Below are positions 45,273-56,176 of a DNA stretch of 64,000 nt, one piece after another. The position numbers and the translations under genes were made by a program. Position 1 is the stretch's first letter. Each line of letters begins with the position of its first letter. The notes under the pieces are model-generated. The model had not been told where the DNA came from and searched no databases. It was given only the letters and a program-made list of their open reading frames with translations. The DNA lies in contig BCKZ01000004.1 of assembly GCA_001600815.1 (NCBI GenBank), positions 62,001 to 126,000 on the forward strand. Direction: 5' to 3'. Source of the stretch: Alloascoidea hylecoeti (taxonomy: Eukaryota).

Positions 45273-47316
45273 ATGTCATACTATGAGAATATGAGTATTA
45301 TAATTACAATATCGTTTAAATTTATGGTTAATTTCCCATTCAAGACATGTAAACTGCTCTTTAGCTTATATAAACGGAACTATAGTAACAAACAGTATGC
45401 TGCTATTATATTAGATTCTTTCACTAAGGGAAATCAAAGAAAGTCTATCAAATCATTGAAACGCAAACATAAAAAAATGGCTAAGAATTTAAACTATAAT
45501 AATGTTAAGGTTAATTTATTTGATTCTGCTACATTTGAAGTACCAGCCTTCGAAAAAATCGAAAATGAGAAAGTGATATTTACCTTGTGGCAAAATAAAA
45601 TTGTTCGGAATTATATTAATAGCAATGAGACAATGATGGAAACTTTGTTCCCTATTCTAACGGAGATTGAGTATGTTGATTGTCATTCTTTAAACTACCC
45701 AACTGATGGCCTTTTGGAGTTATTGTCTATCGAAAATACAATTATTGATACAACTATTATTGAGCATGATAATGGTGAAATCGATGGTGGTGACCATAAC
45801 ATAAATAATACTAATACTGATGATAAATATGTGATGCAAATAATTCCATTGATCAGTGACAAGTCCAGTTATTGTGGAATCTCGAGTGTTTATTTTCAGT
45901 CAGATTCAAAATCAAAAAAAAAAAAAGATCAATAAATTATATGCAAAATTCCCACAAACTTCTGCATTAATTGATAAGCCTTTAGATCAATTTAATTGGG
46001 AAAATGCAATCTCCACGGAATCTAAAAACACATCTTGCTCTACAACTGCTGATAATTATAGTATTTGGAAAGTGCCAGTCAACTTTCAGGAGAAATTATA
46101 CGTAGAACCACCATCTTGGTATCATCAAAAAAGGTTTTATGATCTTCTATTATTTAATATCCTTTATAAGAAAAGGAAAAAACGGGATGACAAATCTTAT
46201 GCAGTTCAATACGGTGAGTTATTCACACCTGAGAAATTTTTAAAAATTAATGATAATACTACCGGGAAATATTAGAATTTATATTCACCTATAACTTTAA
46301 ATTGTTATAAGAAAAATAGTGATAGGGATAACAAATCACACTCAACTATGGTTTGGCGAATTAAAATCGAATGGAAAAGTGAATCTAATTCCTACCTTGA
46401 TATTAAGGAAAACTTTTCAATTCCAACGTTCTTAAAAATCCAAGTATCAGATTTTTATACTTTAATCCCATTAATGATACATACATATAATCATAATGAA
46501 TTGCAAGCTGCTGATGCTTACTTCTGGCTAGTATTTAAAACTACAAATGGTGAATACTTGGGGAAATATAATATCAATTATGATTCAAGTGTCTATCAAT
46601 ATAGAATGTCAATATTTCGAACGGGAATGAATGAAGTATTCGCATAAAATACGCATCTATTTTTCCCTCAGATTATCATGATTGGGTCAAATTTATTTCA
46701 AATTAATTATAATTGGAAAATTATAGATGATGAGTTCCCTTTCTTTATTTATCTATGCCATATTGATAATTTTCAGCTATTATGGACTCCAGTGATAAAA
46801 ATTTTAAATATGATTAATAATACTGACAATATTGAAGATAGATATCATATAAGGATTGATGTTGAATCTTTTAATTCAGTAACTTCGGATTTATCAGATA
46901 TATCCTATAACTTAAATTTATATCGCGATCCTAGTTATGACGAAAGTGATTGGAAAGTCATACTGGAAACTCCTAGAACTGATGCCCTTAAGCCTCTAAT
47001 AAACATTAGGCATCCTGGTTTTGAAATAAGAGAAACAATAGTTTATCCATATTTCTGGAACAATAATAATATAGCAATAAAAGTTCAATACTACCTTAGA
47101 GCTATCTTTGATCCAGATCTTGATTTAATAAACATTGATAATAAAAGAGTTGAATATCTTATACTTTACGATATTGAGACTGAAAAATGGAAATTTATTG
47201 AAATAAATCCATCTAATGACTTTCAAATTTTAATCGTTGATAATAAATTCAACTTTGTTTTACTTGGAGAAGAATCTGTCAATATTCCTATTTGTAATCC
47301 AAACAGTTATACATAA
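45273..47316 (+). pseudogene. Disrupted ~680-codon ORF of unknown family
   Basis: ORFs 45856-46275, 46348-46647 and 46678-47316 are in one frame, interrupted only by TAG 46273 and TAA 46645. Removing one A from the A13 run at 45914-45926 joins them to the 45273 ORF. Confidence 0.75.
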
Positions 47317-48235
47317 TAAATTTTTCTAAATAGTATTTCTTCTCTCTAAAACATAGTTAGAATAATCGAATATTGAGATATTTAAGATGAGAACGTGTTA
47401 CAATCTAAGTTTATCACAACAAATCCTGAGGTAGTGTCATGCATATAAATTTAAACCATAAAAATTATCAGAAAGCTTAAGAGTTACATACGGATTATAG
47501 TCAGGGGTTAAGATCGATGGTCTGATTCTGAAGCTTTTAAAGCTGTAGATAATAGATATATGAGTTGAATGCATTGGACTAGAAATTAAAACTTCTAAAT
47601 GTAAATGTTTCATAAATTTCGATTGTGGAGATGTTAAAAGACAATACTAAAATAATTTTGAAAACTCTTTTACATCGTCTATTCGTCATTATTTTTTATT
47701 GGATATAATAACACTCTTAGAACAGCTCACAAAAAGTCGATTGGCTTTTTGGCGCAACTGGGAGAAGCATGCATTTAGAACTTAATTAGTTTTGTGTAGA
47801 ATTTTTGAAAAATATTATTCAATGTTAAAATATCTCCTAAGATAGTTCATTGAGAATCTATCTAACTACTTTAGAAGTAAAATAACTTAAGCTTACGTGT
47901 AAGTTTCAACCAGACACTATCCTAATCAGTTACCAGTCAGCTAATTGTTATAGACAATAAACAATAGAGGTTACAATACCCATTTCCGACTTTTTCATAA
48001 ATTACAAGATTCTTAGCTAACTTCTGAGGTTCTTAGATGCAAGTATATGTTTTGAACGTGGTGAGGTCTGGAATACTAATGGTCTTAGAATCGAATCTAA
48101 ATTTATCAGTAACATATACAGTGGTATTTATTTTATATGTATATAGGTAAAGCTAAGCAGTTGATAATATATATCGTAATCATATTAAAAATTTTAGTTA
48201 CAAACATATTATACATAAAATAGATTTATAAAAGG

Positions 48236-51022
48236 TTAAAAGAGAAATATTGAAGATAATATAGCCACACATATAAATGTTGGTATATATGGAGTAATTA
48301 GACTTGCGAAGTTTGGGCTAATTTGTTCTATTGGTGTAATTGAAGTATTTGAATTTACTATGACACTCAAATAAGGAGGATTTGTAATTACTGCTGGTGA
48401 AAATTCCACTGTCGTTGTTGCTGCTCCAAAAGTTGGATCGCTAACTAACATTTGTGAAGGGGCATCATAATCAGGCTCAGTAGATACCATAATTGAGTCG
48501 GTAACAGTGTAAGTTAGTGTGATAAGTTCAGTAGTATCACTATTTATAATAGTTTCAGGAGTCTCAGTTGTGTAAATAAGAGTATCAACGATTACTGTTG
48601 GTGTTGTTGTTTCAAAAGTTGTGTCAGTGACTAACAATTGTGATGGGGCATCGTGTTCAGGTTCAGTAGCTACTTTAGTTGTGTGGGTAACAGTATAAGT
48701 TAGTGTAATAACTTCAGTAGTATCACTATTTTCTATAGTTTCACAAGAAGTAATTGTCTCCGTTGTGAAAATACTAGCATCAATAATTACTGTGGGTGTC
48801 AAATGTACTATTGCTGTTGTTACTTCAAAAGTTGGGTCGGTGCCTAACAATTGTGACGGGGCATCATGTTTAGTGGCTACTGTAGTTAAACAAGGAACAA
48901 CAGTGGTGTAAGTTATTGTGATAACTTCTGTAGTATCACTATTTACAATAGTTACACAAGAAGTAGCTGTCTCTGTTGTGTAAAGAGTAGCATCAATAAT
49001 TACTGTTGCTGGTGTTGGCTCAAAGGTTAGGACACTGGCTACTGTAGTTGAACAGGGAAAAACAGTGGTGTAAGTCACTGTAATAACTTCTGTAGTATGA
49101 CTGTTCACAGTAGTTTCACAAGAAGTGACTATCTCAGTCGTGTAAAGAGTAGTATCAATAATTTCAGTGGTTGTTGTATCTTCAGCTAATGAAATGCTCG
49201 AAATTGGAATTGCGGTTGTAGATGATTGCGATTGAGATACTAATGATGTAGGAGTAGAATAAGAGCTCATGAAATCAGAAGTGGTCATAGAAGAAGAAGA
49301 AGCGACCAGAACTGAAGGCAAAAGTTTTACAGAGGAGGTAGCACTAGTAAAATCTGAGGTCAAACCAGATGAGATGCCAAAGTGGGCATTGGAAGATAAG
49401 AATAATGTTGAGCAAGTCGTAGTAGAAGGAGTAGAAGAAGCGACTACAGTCATTGATGAGTGAACTTCTTCAGCGCTATCAGTAACACTATAGCTAGTAA
49501 CAACTGAGCTGGAAGTTAAATGAGATGAAGTGGCCACAGCTGAAGTTGATTGGATTTTTTCATCACTAGCGCTAGAAATGACACCAACAATTGAAGAGCC
49601 CGATGATGAAACCGATGAAATGCCAGAATTCGAAGGACTATTACTAGATGATGTAAGAACCGAAGAAGTTGAACTGGTGGAAATAGAAGAAGGTTGGCAA
49701 GATTCATATACATCTGCTCGACAAGCCGCTGGCACTTTAGTGACCCCAGGGACCCCATCAGGACCAATTTGAATCTCTTCAATATCACTAGAAGTAGAAG
49801 GGTCAAGCTTAGCTTGGGCTAAAGAAGCTTCTTTATTATCTAAATCCATCACAACATAGGCAGATCTTAGGAACGAATCTCCAAGAATTGGCATATCATC
49901 CGTTTCAATAAAATCCATAAAACACATACGATCACCATTAGGAAAATATACCGGGGTATTATCCTCATAATAAGCTTCATCAAGAAAATTGCTCAGTGGA
50001 ACAGAGATGGTTTGACAACCAAACTTAAATTTCACCCTACGTTCTTCAGCATTACAAGAGTAGAAATAATTACCGTCCTCGTAGTAAGCATCAAAAGCTT
50101 TTCCAATTGCAGCTACAAAATTTTTTGGTAGCATAGTGAGAGTAGATCCAGTATCTAAAAGAGCAAAAAGACCATCCTTGTTGTGTTGTCCGAACGTCGA
50201 CGAGTACCACGAGTATGCGGGAAACGTGTTTATCTCGCAACCTCTATCTTCTATTGAAAGGCCAGTTAAACGAACAGCTGTCCTAGTATTGCTAACAATA
50301 GGGACAGTAATCAAAGGGCCCTCATACTTGGAATGATCAACTGCTCCAAATAATATAGTTCCAGATTCAGCATTTTTATCATTTAAGAAAATCGAGTAAG
50401 CTTGTGAATTTATAAGGCCATTTGCAACTAAAGCACCAGGGAAATTAATGTAACTATTCGGTGCAACCTCAAGAGTGTTAAAACCAATACCAAAAACACC
50501 AACTGGAGAGTCGGAATCTAAAGCTACAGCAAAATTTAGATTTGGAATCGAGACATCTCCAATTTGCATTGTATCCATACCGAAATCACCTTTTGCATAA
50601 GTATTATCACCGTAGTAAATAGCGAATTTCGAATTATTATACTTCCAGGTTGATGAAAGATCTGGGTCATATGTGCCATAGCTATAACAACCAATTTTTT
50701 CACATAACTTATTTTTTGGGGATGAAACCCACAGATCAGATGAACCAGTATCTATAACCACACCAATAACTTCCTGTGCCGGTGTTCCAAGAGTGAAATT
50801 AATCATATACCAAGATTTCTCATTTTTAAGATAATATTCTTGATATGAACCTGCCCTTTTGTGAAGAGCCTCATTATTAATTGGCACAATCTCTTCTTCC
50901 GCTGGGATATTTACTCTTGAAAAATCGAATTTAACTCCCCCAGCTGCATTTGCTAATGAGATGAATTGCAAGGAAGCCAAAAATAGACAAAGAAGTGAAT
51001 GACAAATATTGATATTAACCAT
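48236..51022 (-). CDS. GPI-anchored aspartic protease (yapsin/Sap family) with Ser/Thr stalk and flocculin-like repeats
   Basis: Signal peptide; KR propeptide site (LHKR); catalytic IDTGSSDLWV and LLDTGST; ILGDSFLRSAYVVMDLDN; Ser/Thr-rich stalk with four TTE(V/L)IT.TYT repeats; hydrophobic C-terminus. Confidence 0.92.
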   Translation of the reverse strand: MVNINICHSLLCLFLASLQFISLANAAGGVKFDFSRVNIPAEEEIVPINNEALHKRAGSYQEYYLKNEKSWYMINFTLGTPAQEVIGVVIDTGSSDLWVSSPKNKLCEKIGCYSYGTYDPDLSSTWKYNNSKFAIYYGDNTYAKGDFGMDTMQIGDVSIPNLNFAVALDSDSPVGVFGIGFNTLEVAPNSYINFPGALVANGLINSQAYSIFLNDKNAESGTILFGAVDHSKYEGPLITVPIVSNTRTAVRLTGLSIEDRGCEINTFPAYSWYSSTFGQHNKDGLFALLDTGSTLTMLPKNFVAAIGKAFDAYYEDGNYFYSCNAEERRVKFKFGCQTISVPLSNFLDEAYYEDNTPVYFPNGDRMCFMDFIETDDMPILGDSFLRSAYVVMDLDNKEASLAQAKLDPSTSSDIEEIQIGPDGVPGVTKVPAACRADVYESCQPSSISTSSTSSVLTSSSNSPSNSGISSVSSSGSSIVGVISSASDEKIQSTSAVATSSHLTSSSVVTSYSVTDSAEEVHSSMTVVASSTPSTTTCSTLFLSSNAHFGISSGLTSDFTSATSSVKLLPSVLVASSSSMTTSDFMSSYSTPTSLVSQSQSSTTAIPISSISLAEDTTTTEIIDTTLYTTEIVTSCETTVNSHTTEVITVTYTTVFPCSTTVASVLTFEPTPATVIIDATLYTTETATSCVTIVNSDTTEVITITYTTVVPCLTTVATKHDAPSQLLGTDPTFEVTTAIVHLTPTVIIDASIFTTETITSCETIENSDTTEVITLTYTVTHTTKVATEPEHDAPSQLLVTDTTFETTTPTVIVDTLIYTTETPETIINSDTTELITLTYTVTDSIMVSTEPDYDAPSQMLVSDPTFGAATTTVEFSPAVITNPPYLSVIVNSNTSITPIEQISPNFASLITPYIPTFICVAILSSIFLF

Positions 51023-54000
51023 TATTCAAAAGAAAGGTAAATCTACCTGTATAATTGACTAAAAAATAAGAGACTATGACAGATTTATATAGCTAAATAA
51101 TGATAATATAACTGATATTTATGATTGATTGCCGAGCATTTATAGTGTGTCGTAAGATAGACTATATCTACTGTCTGGAACCAGCTGTGTCCATGTGTTC
51201 TTGAGTGTATATGACTAGTCAAACTTACTTATGTATGTCGTTGACTAGCTATACAAAATGTGCACTTATATACCGGTAGCTCATAAGTAACTATGTATGC
51301 TATAATTGATTAAGAAATATATTTTGCTATGCATATATAGATCGATATTTTGAAATGCCATTTCGATTCGAATTCATATAGGGGCTATAGATAGCACACT
51401 CACAGTTGGTAAGTAACTTATCCTATTGGTATATATATAAAGTTATATGTAAAATTCCTATCTTATAATTATTATGGTTGATGGATATAATTAACAAAAA
51501 ACTCCCATCGAGGTTATATTTATTATTTCCATTAGCTTTTGATTCCCCATAATGAGGGACTCATTATTGAACTTAGGTGTAGCCATAGGATCTTGCCATT
51601 TTTCATTAATATTTGAATTCGCATTTCGCATTTTCCAAATAAATATTTTTAACACAACTAAGTTGAAATTGGCCATAAATTACAATCTTTTGTATATGTA
51701 TCTAGTTACAGATATTTTAACATTATAGTATTACTATATTATGTATATCTGCTAATGAAAGTGTATAAGATGATTATAGGCTATAGGCTACATGTGAAAC
51801 AAACATATAAGTACTATATAAAACTTATACCTATATTTCAAGAGTATAAATAATCTATATGTACATGCACTTATGATGACGATTAAGGAATATTTTTAAT
51901 CTGCCGGATGTATTATATACCAACAAGATAATCCGTAGTGATTTTTTTTTTATCCTTAGGCTAACAACTATCATATAATAGTTCAAACGTAAAAATATAT
52001 AGTAAATAAATTTAATAAGATTCAGAGTAACACAATTTGCAAACGGCCACGGCTAGTGTTAAGAGCTATTGAAATTCAGTAAACTTTAGCCCCTTTAAAC
52101 TTAAAAAAAGAAAAATAAAGTAGCACAACATGTCAAAATTGAAGACCTGAAAATGGTGGCCTTATATGCATAAGGATCTATTTCTTGCAATTGGCAACAG
52201 AAAATACAATTAAGATATGTGTACTGGCTAATCAGTTTTGCGATTGGTTCATAAAAGCTCTTAAAATTCTTAACAAGGTTGTGAATTTGAATCAACTTTT
52301 TTATTTTTATGATCATTACATTTTAATTCAAAGACTATATATATTTATAAGGCTCTATAGCTATAAATTTAAATTTAAGATACCTACACCAAATTAACCA
52401 GGGAATATGATTAGTCTATCCTTTTCAAAGAAAATTAACCTCCCTATAACTAATATAGTTAAATTAACAATTAATTTTCATTTAACTAGGAACTTTGTTT
52501 TTTCCATTTAAAATTTTTGCAATTAGAGATACATACACAATCTATATAAACAATTATATATGTATCCCAATACTCTTACTCGTCCGAGTTTATAATTTCT
52601 TTTAGATATTTCAATCAATAGTGATAACAGAACCTTCACATCTTCTCCTTTTCATATGCATGCTGTATAATTTCACTCATACCCAGATCCCAATATTAAT
52701 ATTAATACTAATGATAGATGTAAACGACCAAGTAATCAATAAGATTATGTGTTTTAAAAAATTTGGAACTTTATGAAAATTTTTAAATGATTTCTGGAGA
52801 TGTCGAATGATATAATTATAACTTACAATTAATCTGTGGATATAGACCTGTGTATATCCTCACCTCTAACCTATCCAATTCAAATATATAGCATAAGTAT
52901 ATCCTACACCTTAATCCTGATTATCATTTATTTCATCATCCAAAACGAAAGCCCATTAAATTATTTTTCTAAGCATACCCCATTATCTGTTGCCAATGTA
53001 ACAGAACAAGTCTTAAATATAAAACCCACGACGCCACTTAAACAGCCATTTGATATTTTAGCATTTACATATGCATCAGCTAACGACACCATTTGGTTTT
53101 AACCACTTGATACCCTGAAAAAGTATCACGGTCCCCAGATTAACCCATATGTCATATGGCATTAACAATAAGCTTTTATCTCATCCCGTTAAACCAGAAA
53201 ATTAGCTCGGAATTTAAAATGCAAAGGGGTACCTGATGGATTTTAACATGTCAGAAACTAACCTTAATGGTAGTAATATCATATGCAATTAAAGTTAATC
53301 AACTAAAATAAATAAATGTGGTAATTATGATTGATATATGGAGTCAAATGATTTAACCGCTAGCTATAGTTTTAAGAGAGCGGTTTGTTGGCTAATTTAT
53401 TTTTTTGGTTAAGAATCATTGTATTAATTGAGTTTTTTCTGGATATAAAAAACTAGTTGCAGAATATCTACAACACTTTTATAGATAATTAATTAACTCA
53501 GACTTAAATTTATATATGGTGTAGGTAGGGAGACATATTACGTATAGACAAATTAGATTTCCGCCACCATATCGCAAAACAACTAATTATAAGAAGAAAA
53601 AATATGTTATTCAGTAGAAGAATTGCTGAGAATGTTTAAACAGAATAGGTATCAGAAAATATTAAATTAATAATTAATTAGGAGATTCATTTTTAGTTGA
53701 TGCAGAGTTGACTAATTCCATTGTTTTAGTGCATATTGAAGTTGCTTTTTGACCAATGTTTTGGCAAATTTAAGGAATTTCACTGTTTTTAATGATCCAC
53801 GGCCAAGAATGATAAAAATGGAATTGTTGCTCTAACTGTCCAACAAATATTGTAATTAGAAGGTTATATGTATAATTAATAATTTGGAATCTGCAATATT
53901 TTCATGTTCAAGTGTTTTCTCTCTAGTATTTATTAGCTGAGTGAAAATGGTAAACGTCATTTAGTATTACCTTAGATCGATAATACACGCATTGGATGCA

Positions 54001-54785
54001 ACATATACAGTTGCAATTATGAGAAAAATATAATTATAAGCTCAGCAGTAGTTTTAATTGGGGTTGTGTAGTTTGTCCGCATTGTACTTTAGTTCCACAT
54101 TTTATTTCAAATTTATCAATATGTACCAAAAGTTATAAGGAAACAACAAACAATATCATTCCCAAATATTTCTTTATTTTCGGTAGGACAGTGCTAATTT
54201 TTCATTGAAAAGTATCCTCCTAAAGATAAATCAAATCTTGTTCAAAAACAAGAAGGAACTACAGTCGGGTATAATGCAAAGTTGTTCAGCGTTTTCAGAC
54301 ACCAGAAAATGGCAATACTAAAACCACCTGCTGAATACTCTAAAAATTATTACACTGATCTTATAATAGTGCATAATATTGTATATATTAGTCTATATGA
54401 AAACACATTTTAGGTTTAATACCTAAGCTTAGTGCTCATAGACGACTGCCTAGGCATGGACTGGAGTCAAGCTTATCGATAATATCCCGTTCCATACCAG
54501 CACAACTTTATTAAGGAGACTCAAAAAATAGATTTCATTTCCTTTATATACTACGTGGAAGGTTTATAAACGTATTTTGCGCCTTGTGTGACGAGGTTCC
54601 TTGTGCTCAATTGGATCCAGGTGAACTTATCCAATTGGTTTTGTGACAAGGAGATAGAGCCGTTGGAGAATCTACTATTTTTACTGGACTCTAATATAAT
54701 TGAGAATAAGAGGAACCTCCTCAAAAAGTTTATCATACCTGACTGCTAACTCCCTCACCTTACATTAATCATTTCTCAGATGAAC

Positions 54786-55134
54786 GCTAATTTTTTTCGT
54801 TGGAAGTGCTAATTAATTTTCAAAGATATAGCTAATTATGTTTCAGCACCAAGTATATTTTCCCCACACTAGTTAATCTTCTAGGAAGTGACTAATTACA
54901 TTTACAATTGGTTCGTTAAATAATTATGAAGTAGTTCTAATTATTTTTCGGTGTACTAGCTAAATAGTATTTAAATCTAAGGCCCAATAGCACTACCAAA
55001 TTTACCTAGGTAACGCTAAATAATTTTCCCACGATCACTAATTAATTTCCAACCAAGAGCTAATTAAATTACGGTGATATCGCTAATTAACTCCCAGAAG
55101 TTTATCTAATTATTTTCGAAAATAACGCTATTAA
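54786..55134. repeat. Phased array of (G/A/T)CTAATTA cores at 22-23 bp period with variable spacers
   Basis: Cores start at 54787, 54809, 54832, 54869, 54892, (54916), 54937, 54960, (54993), 55016, 55038, 55060, 55083, 55106 and 55128. Confidence 0.75.
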
Positions 55135-55422
55135 TAGATGGAAAGACAGTAGACAATTGTAGTGGTGCAGTATTTGTAGGACACCGGTTGTTGACTGGAT
55201 ATCTTTCTCCGGACTAAGTGATTGTAATAAGACTTAGCTTTGAATTCGAATTTGCGATTGCGTTTGAATTTGAAGAAATTTCTTCTTTTAATGCAACATT
55301 AACATTCTTATAGGTTGCTTCTTTGTCTTTTGGTAAATCAGTTTTCTTACATGGTTTTAAAGTACATGTAGGTTTACTTAAGAAATGGAAGTTTACCATG
55401 CTTTTCCTGAAACCACATAATA

Positions 55423-55446
55423 ATATATATATATATATATATATAT
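55423..55446. repeat. (AT)n microsatellite
   Basis: About 12 AT units. Confidence 0.85.
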
Positions 55447-55904
55447 TAGTTCGAGCATTTTGTTATATATCTTAACAAGGAAATCCCTACCATTATCAAT
55501 TTCAGAATTACAACATTTGATATCTGAAGTAAAGTCTGTTTGATGAGTGGAATATTTGTAATCTTTAGTTTGGAGAAATATTGGTGACCGTCCTTAAACG
55601 TATAAGATCTTTTTACCAGTCTTTTAATTGAAAACACAAATTTAGAAATACCATGAAGCTCGAGAAAATAACCATGTGGGTGTAAGATAAAAGAATACAC
55701 ATTGAAAATTTGAAATTAATAAGAAGATTTGTAAGGAAGAAGTCGAACTATCGTACTACAATGTAATCCCAACGACAATATCGTCAATTTTAGTAATCTA
55801 CAGGTAACAGGAGGTGGAAAAAACAGTTGCAGGGTATGATAGACCAACATCACTAATAAATATGGATTCTAAAGCTTCCTGAGCAGCCGATTTTTCTGAA
55901 AATT

Positions 55905-56109
55905 ATTTTAAAAGTGGGGGAAAAATGAAAAGTTTTGATGCAAAATGCGGAGAATCATTTTTAGAGTTTTCGGGAAGACTGCTTAGGGGCATCTCGGAAA
56001 CAGGAAAAATGTCACGGAAATCCGAGCGGAAAAATATATTGCTATACTAATTCCCAATTTCCCATAATCAGTTTCAAGGTACGAGGACTAACCTGATTTT
56101 ACTATAAAA
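55905..56109 (+). promoter_or_regulatory. GH3 promoter: Mig1/CreA-like box, clustered CGG half-sites and TATA
   Basis: AT-rich run plus GTGGGG at 55914-55919; CGG at 55948 and 55971; CGGAAA at 55995, 56015 and 56027; TATAAAA at 56103. Confidence 0.55.
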
Positions 56110-56176
56110 TGGCCTTCGTCTCTTTTTTTCTTTTCAATTACACTACATTTTATTTATCTTTATATTTATTAAAACG

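Noticed and set aside
54786..55134. CRISPR array
   Set aside because: Eukaryotic context, 7-bp core and ~15-bp spacers far below CRISPR dimensions, and no cas genes.
55214..55700. Two short minus-strand ORFs possibly joined across the (AT)n microsatellite
   Set aside because: No consistent long frame or recognisable domain after adjusting the repeat length.
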